A stretch of 64,000 nt of DNA from Endomicrobiales bacterium. GTDB taxonomy: Bacteria > Elusimicrobiota > Endomicrobiia > Endomicrobiales > JALOBY01. Each line of letters begins with the position of its first letter. Position 1 is the first letter of the stretch. The notes beneath the pieces are model-generated. The model saw nothing but the letters and a program-made list of their open reading frames with translations. It did not search any database and was not told where the DNA came from. A program made the translations under genes and the position numbers. The stretch covers positions 32,001 through 96,000 of the forward strand of contig CAWCNJ010000006.1 in assembly GCA_963796955.1 (NCBI GenBank), in the 5' to 3' direction. This document shows, in pieces, positions 9,812-18,758 of this stretch.

Positions 9812-10993
9812 TTATTTTAGGGCAGCTTCAAGCCGGTCTAAGCCGTTCTTGATGTTTCCCATAGAGGTGGCGTAGGACAGGCGCATGAAGCCGGGGGCGT
9901 TGAAGGCATCACCGGGTACCACAGCTATCTTGGCGTGTTCCAGCAGGTAGGCGGCGAATTCTATGCAGGTGTTCACGGTGACTCCACGGTATGTTTTACC
10001 GAGGAGTTTTTTTATGTTGGGGAAAACGTAAAAGGCGCCCTGCGGCATGTTGCAATGAACGCCCTTGATCTTGTTCAGGCGTTCAACTATATAGTTACGG
10101 CGTTTTTCAAATTCGACGCGCATTTCTTCCACGCTGTCCTGCTGGCCAAGGTATGCTTCGGCGGCGGCTTTCAGGGAAATTGATGTGGGGTTAGAAGTGC
10201 TCTGGCTTTGTATGGTAGTCATGGCGTTAATTATTTCTTTGGGGCCCGCGGCGTAGCCGATGCGCCAGCCGGTCATGGCATGAGATTTTGAAACACCATT
10301 AATAAGTACCGTCCACTCTTTAGCCTGCGGCAGCACCGAAGGAAGCGAGACGAACTTAAAGCCGTCAAAAACCAGCTTATCATATATTTCGTCGGCGACC
10401 ATCAGCACTTTCTTCTCTATGCAAACAGCAGCTATCGCTTTAAGGTCTTCCGCGCTGTAAGCGCCTCCGGTAGGGTTGCTAGGTGAATTTATCACCACGG
10501 CTTTTGTTTTCGGCCCTATTGCTTTTGCCAGCTGCTCCGCCGTCATGGTGAAGTTGTGCTTTTCTTTGGTTTTAACAAATTTTACTTTGGCACCGGCAAG
10601 CACCGCCATATCGGGGTAGCTTACCCAGCAGGGCGTGGGGATGATTATCTGGTCGCCGGGATTGAATATCGCTTGAAAGAGGTTGTAGAGGGAATGCTTT
10701 GCGCCGCATGAAACTATGATCTCATTTTCAGAATATACGACGCCCGATTCGCTTTTAATTCTATGAATGATCGCTGCTTTCAGGTCCGGGGTGCCGGAAA
10801 CCGGGCAGTATTTCGTAAAGCCCGCATCGATCGCCTTCTTGGCGGCGTCCTTTATATGCTGCGGCGTGTCAAAGTCAGGTTCGCCGGTGCCGAAAGATAT
10901 TACATCTATGCCTTGCGCTTTAAGGGCTTTGGCTTTGGCGTCTATAGCAAGTGTCGCGGAAGGCTTAACATTAAGAACTCTTTTTGACAGCAT
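9812..10993 (-). CDS. aspC: PLP-dependent aspartate aminotransferase (class I/II)
   Basis: GEPDFDTP, NSPSNPTG, DEIY and SKSHAMTGWRIGY (PLP lysine) motifs; 393 aa. Confidence 0.9.
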   Translation of the reverse strand: MLSKRVLNVKPSATLAIDAKAKALKAQGIDVISFGTGEPDFDTPQHIKDAAKKAIDAGFTKYCPVSGTPDLKAAIIHRIKSESGVVYSENEIIVSCGAKHSLYNLFQAIFNPGDQIIIPTPCWVSYPDMAVLAGAKVKFVKTKEKHNFTMTAEQLAKAIGPKTKAVVINSPSNPTGGAYSAEDLKAIAAVCIEKKVLMVADEIYDKLVFDGFKFVSLPSVLPQAKEWTVLINGVSKSHAMTGWRIGYAAGPKEIINAMTTIQSQSTSNPTSISLKAAAEAYLGQQDSVEEMRVEFEKRRNYIVERLNKIKGVHCNMPQGAFYVFPNIKKLLGKTYRGVTVNTCIEFAAYLLEHAKIAVVPGDAFNAPGFMRLSYATSMGNIKNGLDRLEAALK

Positions 10994-11032
10994 TATAATA
11001 CCTCATAGTCGATATACTCTGATAGCTGCACT

Positions 11033-11097
11033 ATTATAGCGATTGGACAACCTAATGTCAAATAGTATTTGACAATCAGCTGCAATTCTGCTAATAT
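11033..11097. promoter_or_regulatory. Back-to-back sigma70 promoters for aspC (minus) and rplU (plus)
   Basis: Minus strand: TTGACA (11061-11056), 17 bp, TATAAT (11038-11033). Plus strand: TTGACA (11069-11074), 17 bp, TAATAT (11092-11097) with an upstream TG. Confidence 0.7.
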
Positions 11098-11144
11098 TGC
11101 TGTCCAATAGCCCAAATAAAGAACGGTATAGTTAAGAAGTGTCC

Positions 11145-11289
11145 ATCCCGGCACTATGAAGCCGCCGTAAACGCCGGGATTTCGCATACGGCAAAATAAT
11201 AACTACAAAGTTTTTCATCCCGGCACTATGCAGCCGCCGTAAACGCCGGGATTTCGCGGTGCGGCAATAATTACTCCAAGAGGTGCTCC
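11145..11289 (+). repeat. Tandem duplicated structured leader motif (72-bp period) upstream of rplU
   Basis: ATCCCGGCACTATGMAGCCGCCGTAAACGCCGGGATTTCGC at 11145 and 11217, each with an 8-bp stem ATCCCGGC/GCCGGGAT. Confidence 0.85.
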
Positions 11290-11601
11290 ATGTTCGCGAT
11301 AGTCCAAACTGGCGGGAAACAATATAGGGTCGAGGCCGGAGATGTTATTCTGGTTGAGAAGCTTATAGCAGACGCAGGCGCAGATATCGTCATGGATCAG
11401 GTGCTTATGATCGGCGACGGCGACAACGTTACCATCGGCCGCCCGGTAGTTGAAGGCGCCAAGGTCACTGCTTCGGTTGTCAGTCAGGCAAAAGGCCCCA
11501 AGATCATAGTGTTCAAGAAACGCAGCAAAAAAGGCTACAAGAAGACACAGGGACACAGACAGAAATACACAGAGCTTAAGATAAAAGATATCAAAGCTTA
11601 A
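11290..11601 (+). CDS. rplU: 50S ribosomal protein L21
   Basis: MFAIVQTGGKQYRV ... KKTQGHRQKYT signature; AAGAGGTG Shine-Dalgarno. Confidence 0.98.
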   Translation: MFAIVQTGGKQYRVEAGDVILVEKLIADAGADIVMDQVLMIGDGDNVTIGRPVVEGAKVTASVVSQAKGPKIIVFKKRSKKGYKKTQGHRQKYTELKIKDIKA

Positions 11602-11623
11602 TTCAGGGAAGAGGTAATTTAAC

Positions 11624-11890
11624 ATGGCTCATACCAAATCGCAGGGCTCATCATCTAACGGACGCGACTCAGCCGGTCAACGGCTCGGCGTTAAGGCATT
11701 TGGCGACGAAGTTGTGAACGCCGGATCCATTATAGTTCGTCAGCACGGCACCAAATTCCATTGCGGCAAGAATGTGAAGATGGGTTCAGACCATACGATT
11801 TTCGCCACCGCCACCGGCAAAGTGCAGTTCGAGTGGAAAGCGAAAGACAGAAAGTATGTGAACATCGTTCCCGTAGCCGTAAAGAACTAA
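11624..11890 (+). CDS. rpmA: 50S ribosomal protein L27
   Basis: [24 protein letters not shown] ... [11 protein letters not shown] signature; syntenic with rplU. Confidence 0.98.
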   Translation: MAHTKSQGSSSNGRDSAGQRLGVKAFGDEVVNAGSIIVRQHGTKFHCGKNVKMGSDHTIFATATGKVQFEWKAKDRKYVNIVPVAVKN

Positions 11891-11914
11891 GACGAAAAAC
11901 AACTCAAAATTTAT

Positions 11915-11967
11915 CAGAGCCCTAAACTGCACAAAGGTAAACTTTACCAGTTTAGGGTTTTCTGTTT
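11915..11967 (+). terminator. Probable intrinsic terminator after rpmA
   Basis: Stem CCCTAAACTG / CAGTTTAGGG followed by TTTTCTGTTT. Confidence 0.55.
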
Positions 11968-11972
11968 GTAAA

Positions 11973-12108
11973 CCGTGTTGACGCGGCAGGCTGTTCGGTG
12001 GAAGAAATTTCCGCATGTTTGACGATCCGCTATGGGAGGCGGCCGTTAGGGCCAGCGGAGCTGGAGGTTCGGAAATTTCTGTAACCGAATAGGCTGACAC
12101 GGCGACAC
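11973..12108 (+). repeat. Long imperfect rod-like palindrome (TGTTTGA/GAGGTT core)
   Basis: Nested pairings CCGTGT/ACACGG, TTCGGT/ACCGAA, AGAAATTTCCG/CGGAAATTTCT and TCCGCT/AGCGGA. Confidence 0.7.
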
Positions 12109-12131
12109 TATATCAATTGCTTACAGTTCTT

Positions 12132-12209
12132 ATCCCGCCACTGTGAGGCTCACACGCCGTTGGCGGCGGGATCTCACGATGGGGCAATAATAACTGCAAG
12201 AGGTGTTCG
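12132..12209 (+). promoter_or_regulatory. Third copy of the rplU leader motif, upstream of obg
   Basis: ATCCCGCC...GGCGGGAT stem (compensatory relative to the rplU copies), then GGCAATAATAACTGCAAGAGGTGTTCGATG, which matches GGCAATAATTACTCCAAGAGGTGCTCCATG before rplU. Confidence 0.7.
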
Positions 12210-13466
12210 ATGTTTATTGATAAGGCACACATTTATGTTTCAGGCGGCAGAGGCGGATCGGGTTCTAACTCGTTTCGCAGGGAAAAGCACGTTCCGTTCG
12301 GCGGCCCGGATGGCGGCAATGGCGGCAAGGGCGGTGATGTATTCCTTGTGGCAGACCAGCATCTAACGACTCTGCTTGACCTTACCTATAAACCTCACTA
12401 CCGGGCCAAAGACGGTCAGCCGGGATCAGGCTGCAACTGCTACGGCCGCTGCGCTGAAGATCTTATAATGAAAGTGCCTTGCGGCACCATAGTGCGCCGC
12501 AGAGGCGAAAGCGATATAGTCGCGGACCTGAAAGAAGACGGGCAGAAGTTTTTAGCGGCTGCCGGCGGCCGCGGCGGCAGAGGTAATTCATCGTTCAAGA
12601 CCAGCCGCAACACCGCTCCCAGAATGTATGAAAAAGGCGAGCCGGGCGTGGATATAGAATTCGACCTTGAATTAAAACTTATCGCTGATGTAGGCCTTGT
12701 AGGTTTCCCGAACGCGGGAAAATCCACGCTTTTGTCTTCAATAAGCGCCGCAACGCCGAAAATAGCGGATTACCCATTTACCACGTTGTCCCCTAACCTT
12801 GGCGTTTCGCAGTACGCAGGCAAAAGCTTCGTGGTCGCCGATATCCCCGGACTTATTGAAGGCGCGCATACAGGCAAGGGCCTGGGTGATGAGTTCTTGC
12901 GTCATATCGAACGTACCCGTATACTGGTGCATATCGTCGACCTCTTCGGTTTTGACGAACATACCGCCTACCAGAATTACAAGACGATCAATAAAGAGCT
13001 TGAGCGTTATTCAAAGAAGCTCGCCTCCAAGAAAATGATAGTTGTCGCTAATAAGGCGGATCTAACGGATGCCGGCAAAAAGCTGACAGAGCTTAAACGC
13101 CATCTTAAGGGCAAAAAGATTTACGAGATATCGGCCGTGACCGGCAAAGGTATAGATGTGCTGCTGGGCGCGATAATAAAAGAGCTGGCTAAACCCGTAA
13201 TGGAGCCTCCCGTTGAAGAGCCGGTTCGCAGGTACGTTTACGAGCCGGATTTCGTGGTCACGATAGCCGAAGACGGCGCCTTCGTTGTCGGCGGTAAGAA
13301 AATAGAAAAGCTCGCAGAGATGTCGGATTTCAATGAAGACGAGTCCCTGCGCCGTTTCCAAAACATCCTCAAGAAAATGGGTGTAGAAAAAGCCATGAAG
13401 GAAAAAGGCGCCGAAGTAGGCGACCTGGTCCGCATAGGCACGTTGGAATTTGAATATCAGAAATGA
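12210..13466 (+). CDS. obgE: GTPase Obg/CgtA with C-terminal OCT domain
   Basis: Gly-rich N-terminus (GGPDGGNGGKGG), GFPNAGKS P-loop, DIPG and NKAD; follows rplU-rpmA. Confidence 0.97.
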   Translation: MFIDKAHIYVSGGRGGSGSNSFRREKHVPFGGPDGGNGGKGGDVFLVADQHLTTLLDLTYKPHYRAKDGQPGSGCNCYGRCAEDLIMKVPCGTIVRRRGESDIVADLKEDGQKFLAAAGGRGGRGNSSFKTSRNTAPRMYEKGEPGVDIEFDLELKLIADVGLVGFPNAGKSTLLSSISAATPKIADYPFTTLSPNLGVSQYAGKSFVVADIPGLIEGAHTGKGLGDEFLRHIERTRILVHIVDLFGFDEHTAYQNYKTINKELERYSKKLASKKMIVVANKADLTDAGKKLTELKRHLKGKKIYEISAVTGKGIDVLLGAIIKELAKPVMEPPVEEPVRRYVYEPDFVVTIAEDGAFVVGGKKIEKLAEMSDFNEDESLRRFQNILKKMGVEKAMKEKGAEVGDLVRIGTLEFEYQK

Positions 13467-13502
13467 AGAACTCGTATTTCTTAGGTTGAAATAAGTGGCA
13501 AA

Positions 13503-15494
13503 ATGACGATGAAAAACTCCCTCGATCCCTCTTTAACAAAAGAGGGAAGAACTATTGAGCAGGGCAAGTCGCAAGTTCCCCTCTTTACTAAAGAGGGGTT
13601 AGGGAAGTTAGGGCGTTGGCCGTTTATTATTTTTTTTGTTGCGCTGGTTTTGCGCCTGGTTTATCTGCTGCAAATTCAGCATACTCCCCTTACTGATTTC
13701 CTTTTAGTAGACTCCAAATTTTATCATGAATGGGCAAAAAGTATTGCGGCCGGCGATTGGCTGGGCGGAACGCGGACCTTTGTTATGGCGCCGCTGTATG
13801 CCTATTTTCTGGCCTTAGTTTATAGCATTACCGGCCCGGTTTTCCAGAACGCGCTGGTTTTGCAGATATTGATCGGTTCATTGTCTTGCGTGTTAGGTTT
13901 TTATGTGACAAAAAAGTATTTCGGCACACAGGCCGCGATCATCGCCGGCATCTGCTGCGCTGTGTACCCCGTTTTTATTTTTTACGACGGCACACTTCTG
14001 AAAGAAAACCTGATGGTGTTCGTTTCGCTCCTCTTTCTTTTTTTGTACCCGGTTGAGCCGGTCCGGAGCCCGGAGCCCGGAGCCCGGATTAACGGCAACA
14101 GACTTATAATATGCGGTATGCTTCTCGGGCTGAACGCACTGATGCGGCCTACGATACTTTTGATGCCTCCTTTGATCGTTGCTTTGGAATACCCTCAGTT
14201 GCGCAGGCTCGCCTTTAAGCGTCTGGCGTGGCTGGTGCTCGGCATTGGGGTGATAATTGCACCTGTTGCCATGCGTAACAAATATGTCGGCGGTGAATGG
14301 GTGGTTACGGTGGCTTCGGGGGGAATGAACTTCTGGACGGGAAACAATCCGGCGGCCCATGGGGCTTATAACGGCGCACCCTTCCTTACCAGCGAAGAAC
14401 CGCAGTTTGAGGATGAAGATTTTAGAAAAGAGGCTTCCCGTCGCAGCGGGCGAGAGCTGACGGAAAGCCAGGCTTCCGACTATTGGTATGGGCAGGGCGT
14501 ACGTTTTCTGGTAAACAACCCGGGGCGGGCCGTATGGCTTTTGTGGCGCAAAACACTGGGCTTCTGGCATACAGTTGAATTACCCTCGGACCTCAATTAC
14601 TATTTTGCACGGGACTTTTCGCCGCTGCTGCGTTTGGATCTTCTTTCGTTCGGCATTTTCGCGCCGCTGGGCATTATGGGCATGGTCCTGGCGTGGCGAA
14701 AATATCCCGCGAGCCGTCTATTGACGCTGTTCGTTGCGGCGAATTTTCTTGCAAGCCTTATCTTTTTCAACTCCTCACGCTACCGCCTGCCTGTCGTTCC
14801 GGTCGTCACAATTTTCGCGGCTTTCTTTATCATGCATGTGTACGATACGTTCTTTGTGCGCAGGCAAAATCTCAGCGTCGAGCTGGATCTGAAATTGTTC
14901 GCCCCCTTGATCGCGTTGCTGGTCCTGTGCAATTATCATGACACGATGCTTAACGCTATCGCCCGGACACGCTTAAGCTACCGCAATGCGTCGGCCATTT
15001 ACCTGAATGCCGGTAACGTTCAGCGGGCCGCGGATATGGCGCAGCGCGCTGTCGCGATAGACCCTGCATACGCCCTCGGCTGGCAGCAGTATTCTAACGC
15101 GCTTTTGAGGCTGGGACGCACCGACGAGGCGAAGGCGGCTTTTGAGCGGGCCGCGGCCTTAGATTCAGTACATCGCGATGCCCGTTTTGAACGGTCGCTT
15201 CCAAAAACAGGGCAAGAACAATTTGAGGCTCTGCTTAAACAATATCCGGGCAAAGAGAAAGAGATACACAACAACCTCGGCCTGATGTACCTTAAACGCG
15301 GAGAATTTGACGCGGCAGAAAAGGAATTTCGCAGCGCGATAGCCATTGATAGCAGGTATGAAAAAGCATATTATAATCTGGGGCTGGTATTCGAAAGGCG
15401 GAAAGATACGGCGCAGGCGCGCGCGTACTATGAAAAAGCGCTGGCAATAGATCCCAATTACGAAAAAGCGAAGACGAAGCTTGGCAGACAATAA
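13503..15494 (+). CDS. Polytopic GT-C (ArnT/PMT-like, family 39) glycosyltransferase with C-terminal TPR repeats
   Basis: Many TM helices, DSKFYHEWA, APLYAYFLA, GGMNFWTGNNP and SRYRLP motifs; TPR consensus HNNLG...AYYNLG. Confidence 0.8.
   Translation: MTMKNSLDPSLTKEGRTIEQGKSQVPLFTKEGLGKLGRWPFIIFFVALVLRLVYLLQIQHTPLTDFLLVDSKFYHEWAKSIAAGDWLGGTRTFVMAPLYAYFLALVYSITGPVFQNALVLQILIGSLSCVLGFYVTKKYFGTQAAIIAGICCAVYPVFIFYDGTLLKENLMVFVSLLFLFLYPVEPVRSPEPGARINGNRLIICGMLLGLNALMRPTILLMPPLIVALEYPQLRRLAFKRLAWLVLGIGVIIAPVAMRNKYVGGEWVVTVASGGMNFWTGNNPAAHGAYNGAPFLTSEEPQFEDEDFRKEASRRSGRELTESQASDYWYGQGVRFLVNNPGRAVWLLWRKTLGFWHTVELPSDLNYYFARDFSPLLRLDLLSFGIFAPLGIMGMVLAWRKYPASRLLTLFVAANFLASLIFFNSSRYRLPVVPVVTIFAAFFIMHVYDTFFVRRQNLSVELDLKLFAPLIALLVLCNYHDTMLNAIARTRLSYRNASAIYLNAGNVQRAADMAQRAVAIDPAYALGWQQYSNALLRLGRTDEAKAAFERAAALDSVHRDARFERSLPKTGQEQFEALLKQYPGKEKEIHNNLGLMYLKRGEFDAAEKEFRSAIAIDSRYEKAYYNLGLVFERRKDTAQARAYYEKALAIDPNYEKAKTKLGRQ
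13515..13609. repeat. REP-like paired hairpin element embedded in frame in the 5' end of the GT-C gene
   Basis: TCCCTCTTTAACAAAAGAGGGA and CCCCTCTTTACTAAAGAGGGG hairpins bracketed by AACTCCC...GGGAAGTT. Confidence 0.7.
14063..14088 (+). repeat. Heptamer tandem repeat (CCGGAGC)x3+ inside CDS
   Basis: CCGGAGC CCGGAGC CCGGAGC CCGGA, encoding RSPEPGAR between TM segments. Confidence 0.8.
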
Positions 15495-15516
15495 AGAAAG
15501 TACTACAATAAATATA

Positions 15517-15894
15517 ATGAGATCATCTCCTAAATACTGGCTTCCGGTACTTCTCTGGTGCAGTTTGATATTTTATCTTTCCAGTATACAGCATCTTGAT
15601 ACGGGCTGGGGCATGTCCGACTTTATACTGCGCAAATGCGCGCATATGTTCGAATACGGGGTGCTGTATTTGTTTTCACGCCGTGCATTTGCAAAAACAA
15701 CCTCTCTGCCTCCGACGGCGGCGGCATTCGTCTTCACGGTGCTGTACGCCGCCAGCGATGAGTTCCACCAGTCTTTTGTACCCACCCGCGGGCCTTCCGT
15801 GAAGGATGTATTGATAGATTCGACCGGCGCCTACATTACGCTGCGTCTGAACGGCTGGTGGCTGGCGCGCCAACCGTTAAAAACTTCACGATGA
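15517..15894 (+). CDS. vanZ: VanZ-family membrane protein
   Basis: RKCAHMFEYGVL and YAASDEFHQSFVPTRGPSVKDVLID motifs; ATG at 15517 preferred over the overlapping TTG at 15481. Confidence 0.85.
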   Translation: MRSSPKYWLPVLLWCSLIFYLSSIQHLDTGWGMSDFILRKCAHMFEYGVLYLFSRRAFAKTTSLPPTAAAFVFTVLYAASDEFHQSFVPTRGPSVKDVLIDSTGAYITLRLNGWWLARQPLKTSR

Positions 15895-16742
15895 GAACAC
15901 GCTACCGCACTATTGCCTGTTTCCTGCTGCCTATTGCCTGTTGTTTATCCGGTTGCGGCGGTCCCGAGCGTTTGTTCAACAAAGCTCAGGCGCTTGAAGG
16001 CAAGGGCTATTTTGTAGAAGCCGGCATAACCTATGATAAACTCGCAAAAAAATATCCCGCTGCCGCCCTTGCGCCCGAGGCGCTTTATCGCATTGGCCGC
16101 ATTTACCAGAAAAAATTAAAGTTGTTCTCTTATTCCACGCGGTACTATCTTTCCGTTATAGAAAAATATTCTTCCGCTCAGCAGTGGACGGCTCTTGCGG
16201 GACAGGGTTTGCTTACCTCCCCCGATTACTTCCCGCTGCACGCCGGTAATTTCTGGATAGAAGGCGATTCTGATACCGGCGGCGTAAATATGCGCGCCGA
16301 GTGGAACTGCGGGGTCATCTCATCCGGGACTTGGGTGATAGCCCGTCGTATATCAGCCGGCTCGCATTTTGTAAAGGAAATAAAGCAATATTACCGGATA
16401 AAGGGCTCTCAGCTGTGCCAGTTCTCCAGCCAGCAGGAGGATACGGGTGTTGTCATATTGTCATACCCTTTTGAAAAAGGCCGCAGCTGGCGGACCGTGA
16501 GCGATGGTAAATGGATGGAATACCGGGTGGAAGCTACGGATGAGCGGATAGCTGTAAAGGCAGGCAGCTTCCCCGGCTGCCTTAAGATAGGCGAACGCAA
16601 CCTTGCCTACCCGGGCTCAGTAAAATACAATTACTATGCCCCTGAGACCGGCTGGGTGCTTACAACCACCGCCCTGGTCGGCGGCACCGAACACCGCAGC
16701 ACCGAACTGTTGAGCTGCAAGGTGTTCCCGGAGGAATTTTAA
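15891..16742 (+). CDS. TPR-containing lipoprotein
   Basis: Lipobox LSGC; TPR-like APEALYRIGRIY; C-terminal VKAGSFPGCLKI...YYAPETGWV beta domain; ATGA overlap with vanZ. Confidence 0.7.
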   Translation: MRTRYRTIACFLLPIACCLSGCGGPERLFNKAQALEGKGYFVEAGITYDKLAKKYPAAALAPEALYRIGRIYQKKLKLFSYSTRYYLSVIEKYSSAQQWTALAGQGLLTSPDYFPLHAGNFWIEGDSDTGGVNMRAEWNCGVISSGTWVIARRISAGSHFVKEIKQYYRIKGSQLCQFSSQQEDTGVVILSYPFEKGRSWRTVSDGKWMEYRVEATDERIAVKAGSFPGCLKIGERNLAYPGSVKYNYYAPETGWVLTTTALVGGTEHRSTELLSCKVFPEEF

Positions 16743-17107
16743 TGGCCAGGGTCAACGAAGATTCCAACTGGCGCAGGGCGGAGCGCTTTAACGCAGCAGC
16801 CCGGATAACGGTGACCGCCGGCAAAGACAAGTTCTCCGGTATCATGCGGGACATCAGCCTGAAGGGAATATCCTTCAGGAGCGAAGATCTGATAGAAACG
16901 GAAGAGACCTGTCTTTTTGAGATCGCGCTGCCCGACGGCCCCGTGGTGAAGACGAAAGGCATCTTCATGTGGAAGAGACCGCTGGGGCGCGAACATCTCT
17001 ACGGTGTGGATTTCACCAGGATCGGTTTTTTCGCCAACCGGCGGCTAAAAAAATGGCTGGCCCATCGCGCCGAGATCTTCAAAGGGAAAGTCTGGAAGCC
17101 GAATTAG
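16742..17107 (+). CDS. PilZ domain protein
   Basis: RRAERF and DISLKG motifs (RxxxR, DxSxxG). Confidence 0.85.
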   Translation: MARVNEDSNWRRAERFNAAARITVTAGKDKFSGIMRDISLKGISFRSEDLIETEETCLFEIALPDGPVVKTKGIFMWKRPLGREHLYGVDFTRIGFFANRRLKKWLAHRAEIFKGKVWKPN

Positions 17108-17937
17108 AAGAGAAATACCGGCCCTGCCATAGTGAAGGAGTTCTTCTCGTATTTATCGCCGAAATAATCATATTTTACCGAGATGCCGATAGCGCGTGAG
17201 AGCATGAAGTCAAGGCGGTTGCGCGCGGTGAACTGCGCTTCATCCCCGTTCTTAAAGCGCGTATAGAACTTGGTGTCAAAACGGATAAAGTGCAGGAACT
17301 CCAGTTCCGCTTTTATGCCGACCGACATATAATCCAGCACCACAGTGGAGTCGGCGCTGAAACCGTTGCGGTTGCGTCCCGCGATAGGCATACCCTCGGA
17401 AGCAACCGAGGTGTCCACCCGCTCATTAAAATAACCGAGAAAGGGCATGATGCGCTGTTCGCCGAGCGCAAAGGCAACGCCGGCGATAGGATGCAGGCCC
17501 CAGACGGAAGTGTTCACGTTCAACGAGGCGAGCGGTGAAACGTCGCTGCCGGTGACGTGCGTAAACACGTTTATGTAGTCGGCGTAAAAGCCTACCGCCG
17601 GCCGTACCGTTTGTCCCCTGTTAAAATAATAGATCCCGTAGAAAAGATAGCCGTTCTCAGTACTCTTATCAAGCTTGGAGTAATGCCCCATGCTGCCGAC
17701 GGTAAAATCAGGGGTCAGGTACAGCATATTCATCGCGTAGAGCGGCCCTGAATCAGAGAGGGTGTGCGCTGAGCCCGGGGGTGAATCGTAGTTAATATCG
17801 CTTATGGTGTAACCGCCCATCGGCGAAATAAGGAAGAAACTTCTGTCCCGCCCCTCCTGCTCCTGCGCAAAAACATACGTGCACCCAATTACCAAAACCG
17901 CTGCAACCCATCCCGCCGCCGAACGAAAACGTGCCAT
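17104..17937 (-). CDS. Putative outer-membrane beta-barrel protein
   Basis: Signal peptide ending VFA, alternating aromatic beta-strands, C-terminal Phe. Confidence 0.6.
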   Translation of the reverse strand: MARFRSAAGWVAAVLVIGCTYVFAQEQEGRDRSFFLISPMGGYTISDINYDSPPGSAHTLSDSGPLYAMNMLYLTPDFTVGSMGHYSKLDKSTENGYLFYGIYYFNRGQTVRPAVGFYADYINVFTHVTGSDVSPLASLNVNTSVWGLHPIAGVAFALGEQRIMPFLGYFNERVDTSVASEGMPIAGRNRNGFSADSTVVLDYMSVGIKAELEFLHFIRFDTKFYTRFKNGDEAQFTARNRLDFMLSRAIGISVKYDYFGDKYEKNSFTMAGPVFLF

Positions 17938-17963
17938 GTACCCCTCCCTCAGTTTTTATGTTT

Positions 17964-18758
17964 TCAACTATAGCTGTGCAGACCCCTCGTTACAAAATTC
18001 AACCCTACGAACGTGAACAGAATGATCCCAAAACCGCATAGGACCAGATACGCGGCTTTTCTGCCGCTCAGCTCCCTAAACCACCGCAGGTGCAGGTACG
18101 CCAGATAAAAAAGCCAGGTGATAAGGGCCCAGGTCTCTTTAGGGTCCCAGCTCCAGTAACTGCCCCAGGCGGTATTGGCCCAGACCGCGCCGGTGCTGAG
18201 CCCTATGGTCATGAATATGAAGGCGAATGCGATCACGCGGTAGCCGAAGATATCATCAAGGCGCTCGCTGAGAATGTTGTTGTTTTGTTGTGAGGAGGAG
18301 GCGAAAAGATAGATGATGCCGCCGCTGAAAGCTAAGCCCGCCGCGCCGTAGCCTACCAGATAGGCACTGACATGTATCAGCAGCCAGTTGCTTTTTAACG
18401 CGGGCAAAAGGGGTTTCGCTCCCGGATCCAGCAATGCCGCGTACCCCAGGGACAGCAGAGCCATGAGGGCCGGCACTTCGATCGGGAACGTCAGCCGGTA
18501 GGCGAACTCAAAGAACGAAACGCACAACGTCAGGCAGAAAGAAAAGAGTATCAACGTTTCGCCGAGATCCGCCATAGGCGGGTGGCCGGTAACGAACCAT
18601 TGCGCCGCAAGCCATACGGCGGTGCTCATGGTTCCCAGGGTAAACAGCGGTTTAACCAGTTTTGAGCCGTGTCTATAGCCGAACGCGTTACCGGCTATAG
18701 AAAGTACCATCACAAAAAAATAACAGAACAACGCCGCATTTATAAGAGCTTCACGCAT
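17964..18758 (-). CDS. ccsA: System II cytochrome c biogenesis protein CcsA/ResC
   Basis: WWD motif GAVWANTAWGSYWSWDPKETW, conserved His residues, C-terminal GLHSY. Confidence 0.93.
   Translation of the reverse strand: MREALINAALFCYFFVMVLSIAGNAFGYRHGSKLVKPLFTLGTMSTAVWLAAQWFVTGHPPMADLGETLILFSFCLTLCVSFFEFAYRLTFPIEVPALMALLSLGYAALLDPGAKPLLPALKSNWLLIHVSAYLVGYGAAGLAFSGGIIYLFASSSQQNNNILSERLDDIFGYRVIAFAFIFMTIGLSTGAVWANTAWGSYWSWDPKETWALITWLFYLAYLHLRWFRELSGRKAAYLVLCGFGIILFTFVGLNFVTRGLHSYS

Noticed and set aside
10993..11187. ORFs 10993-11187 and 11215-11625 (-) sharing the peptide RNPGVYGG
   Set aside because: The shared peptide is a translation of the non-coding repeat; one ORF is antisense to rplU and the other spans promoters.
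11145..11289. Tandem repeats as a mini CRISPR array
   Set aside because: Only two adjacent copies, the intervening sequences resemble each other rather than being unique spacers, and no cas genes are present.
11973..12108. 6S RNA or SRP RNA call for the rod structure
   Set aside because: Short for 6S, no recognisable SRP domain IV motif, and its core is shared with other dispersed palindromes.
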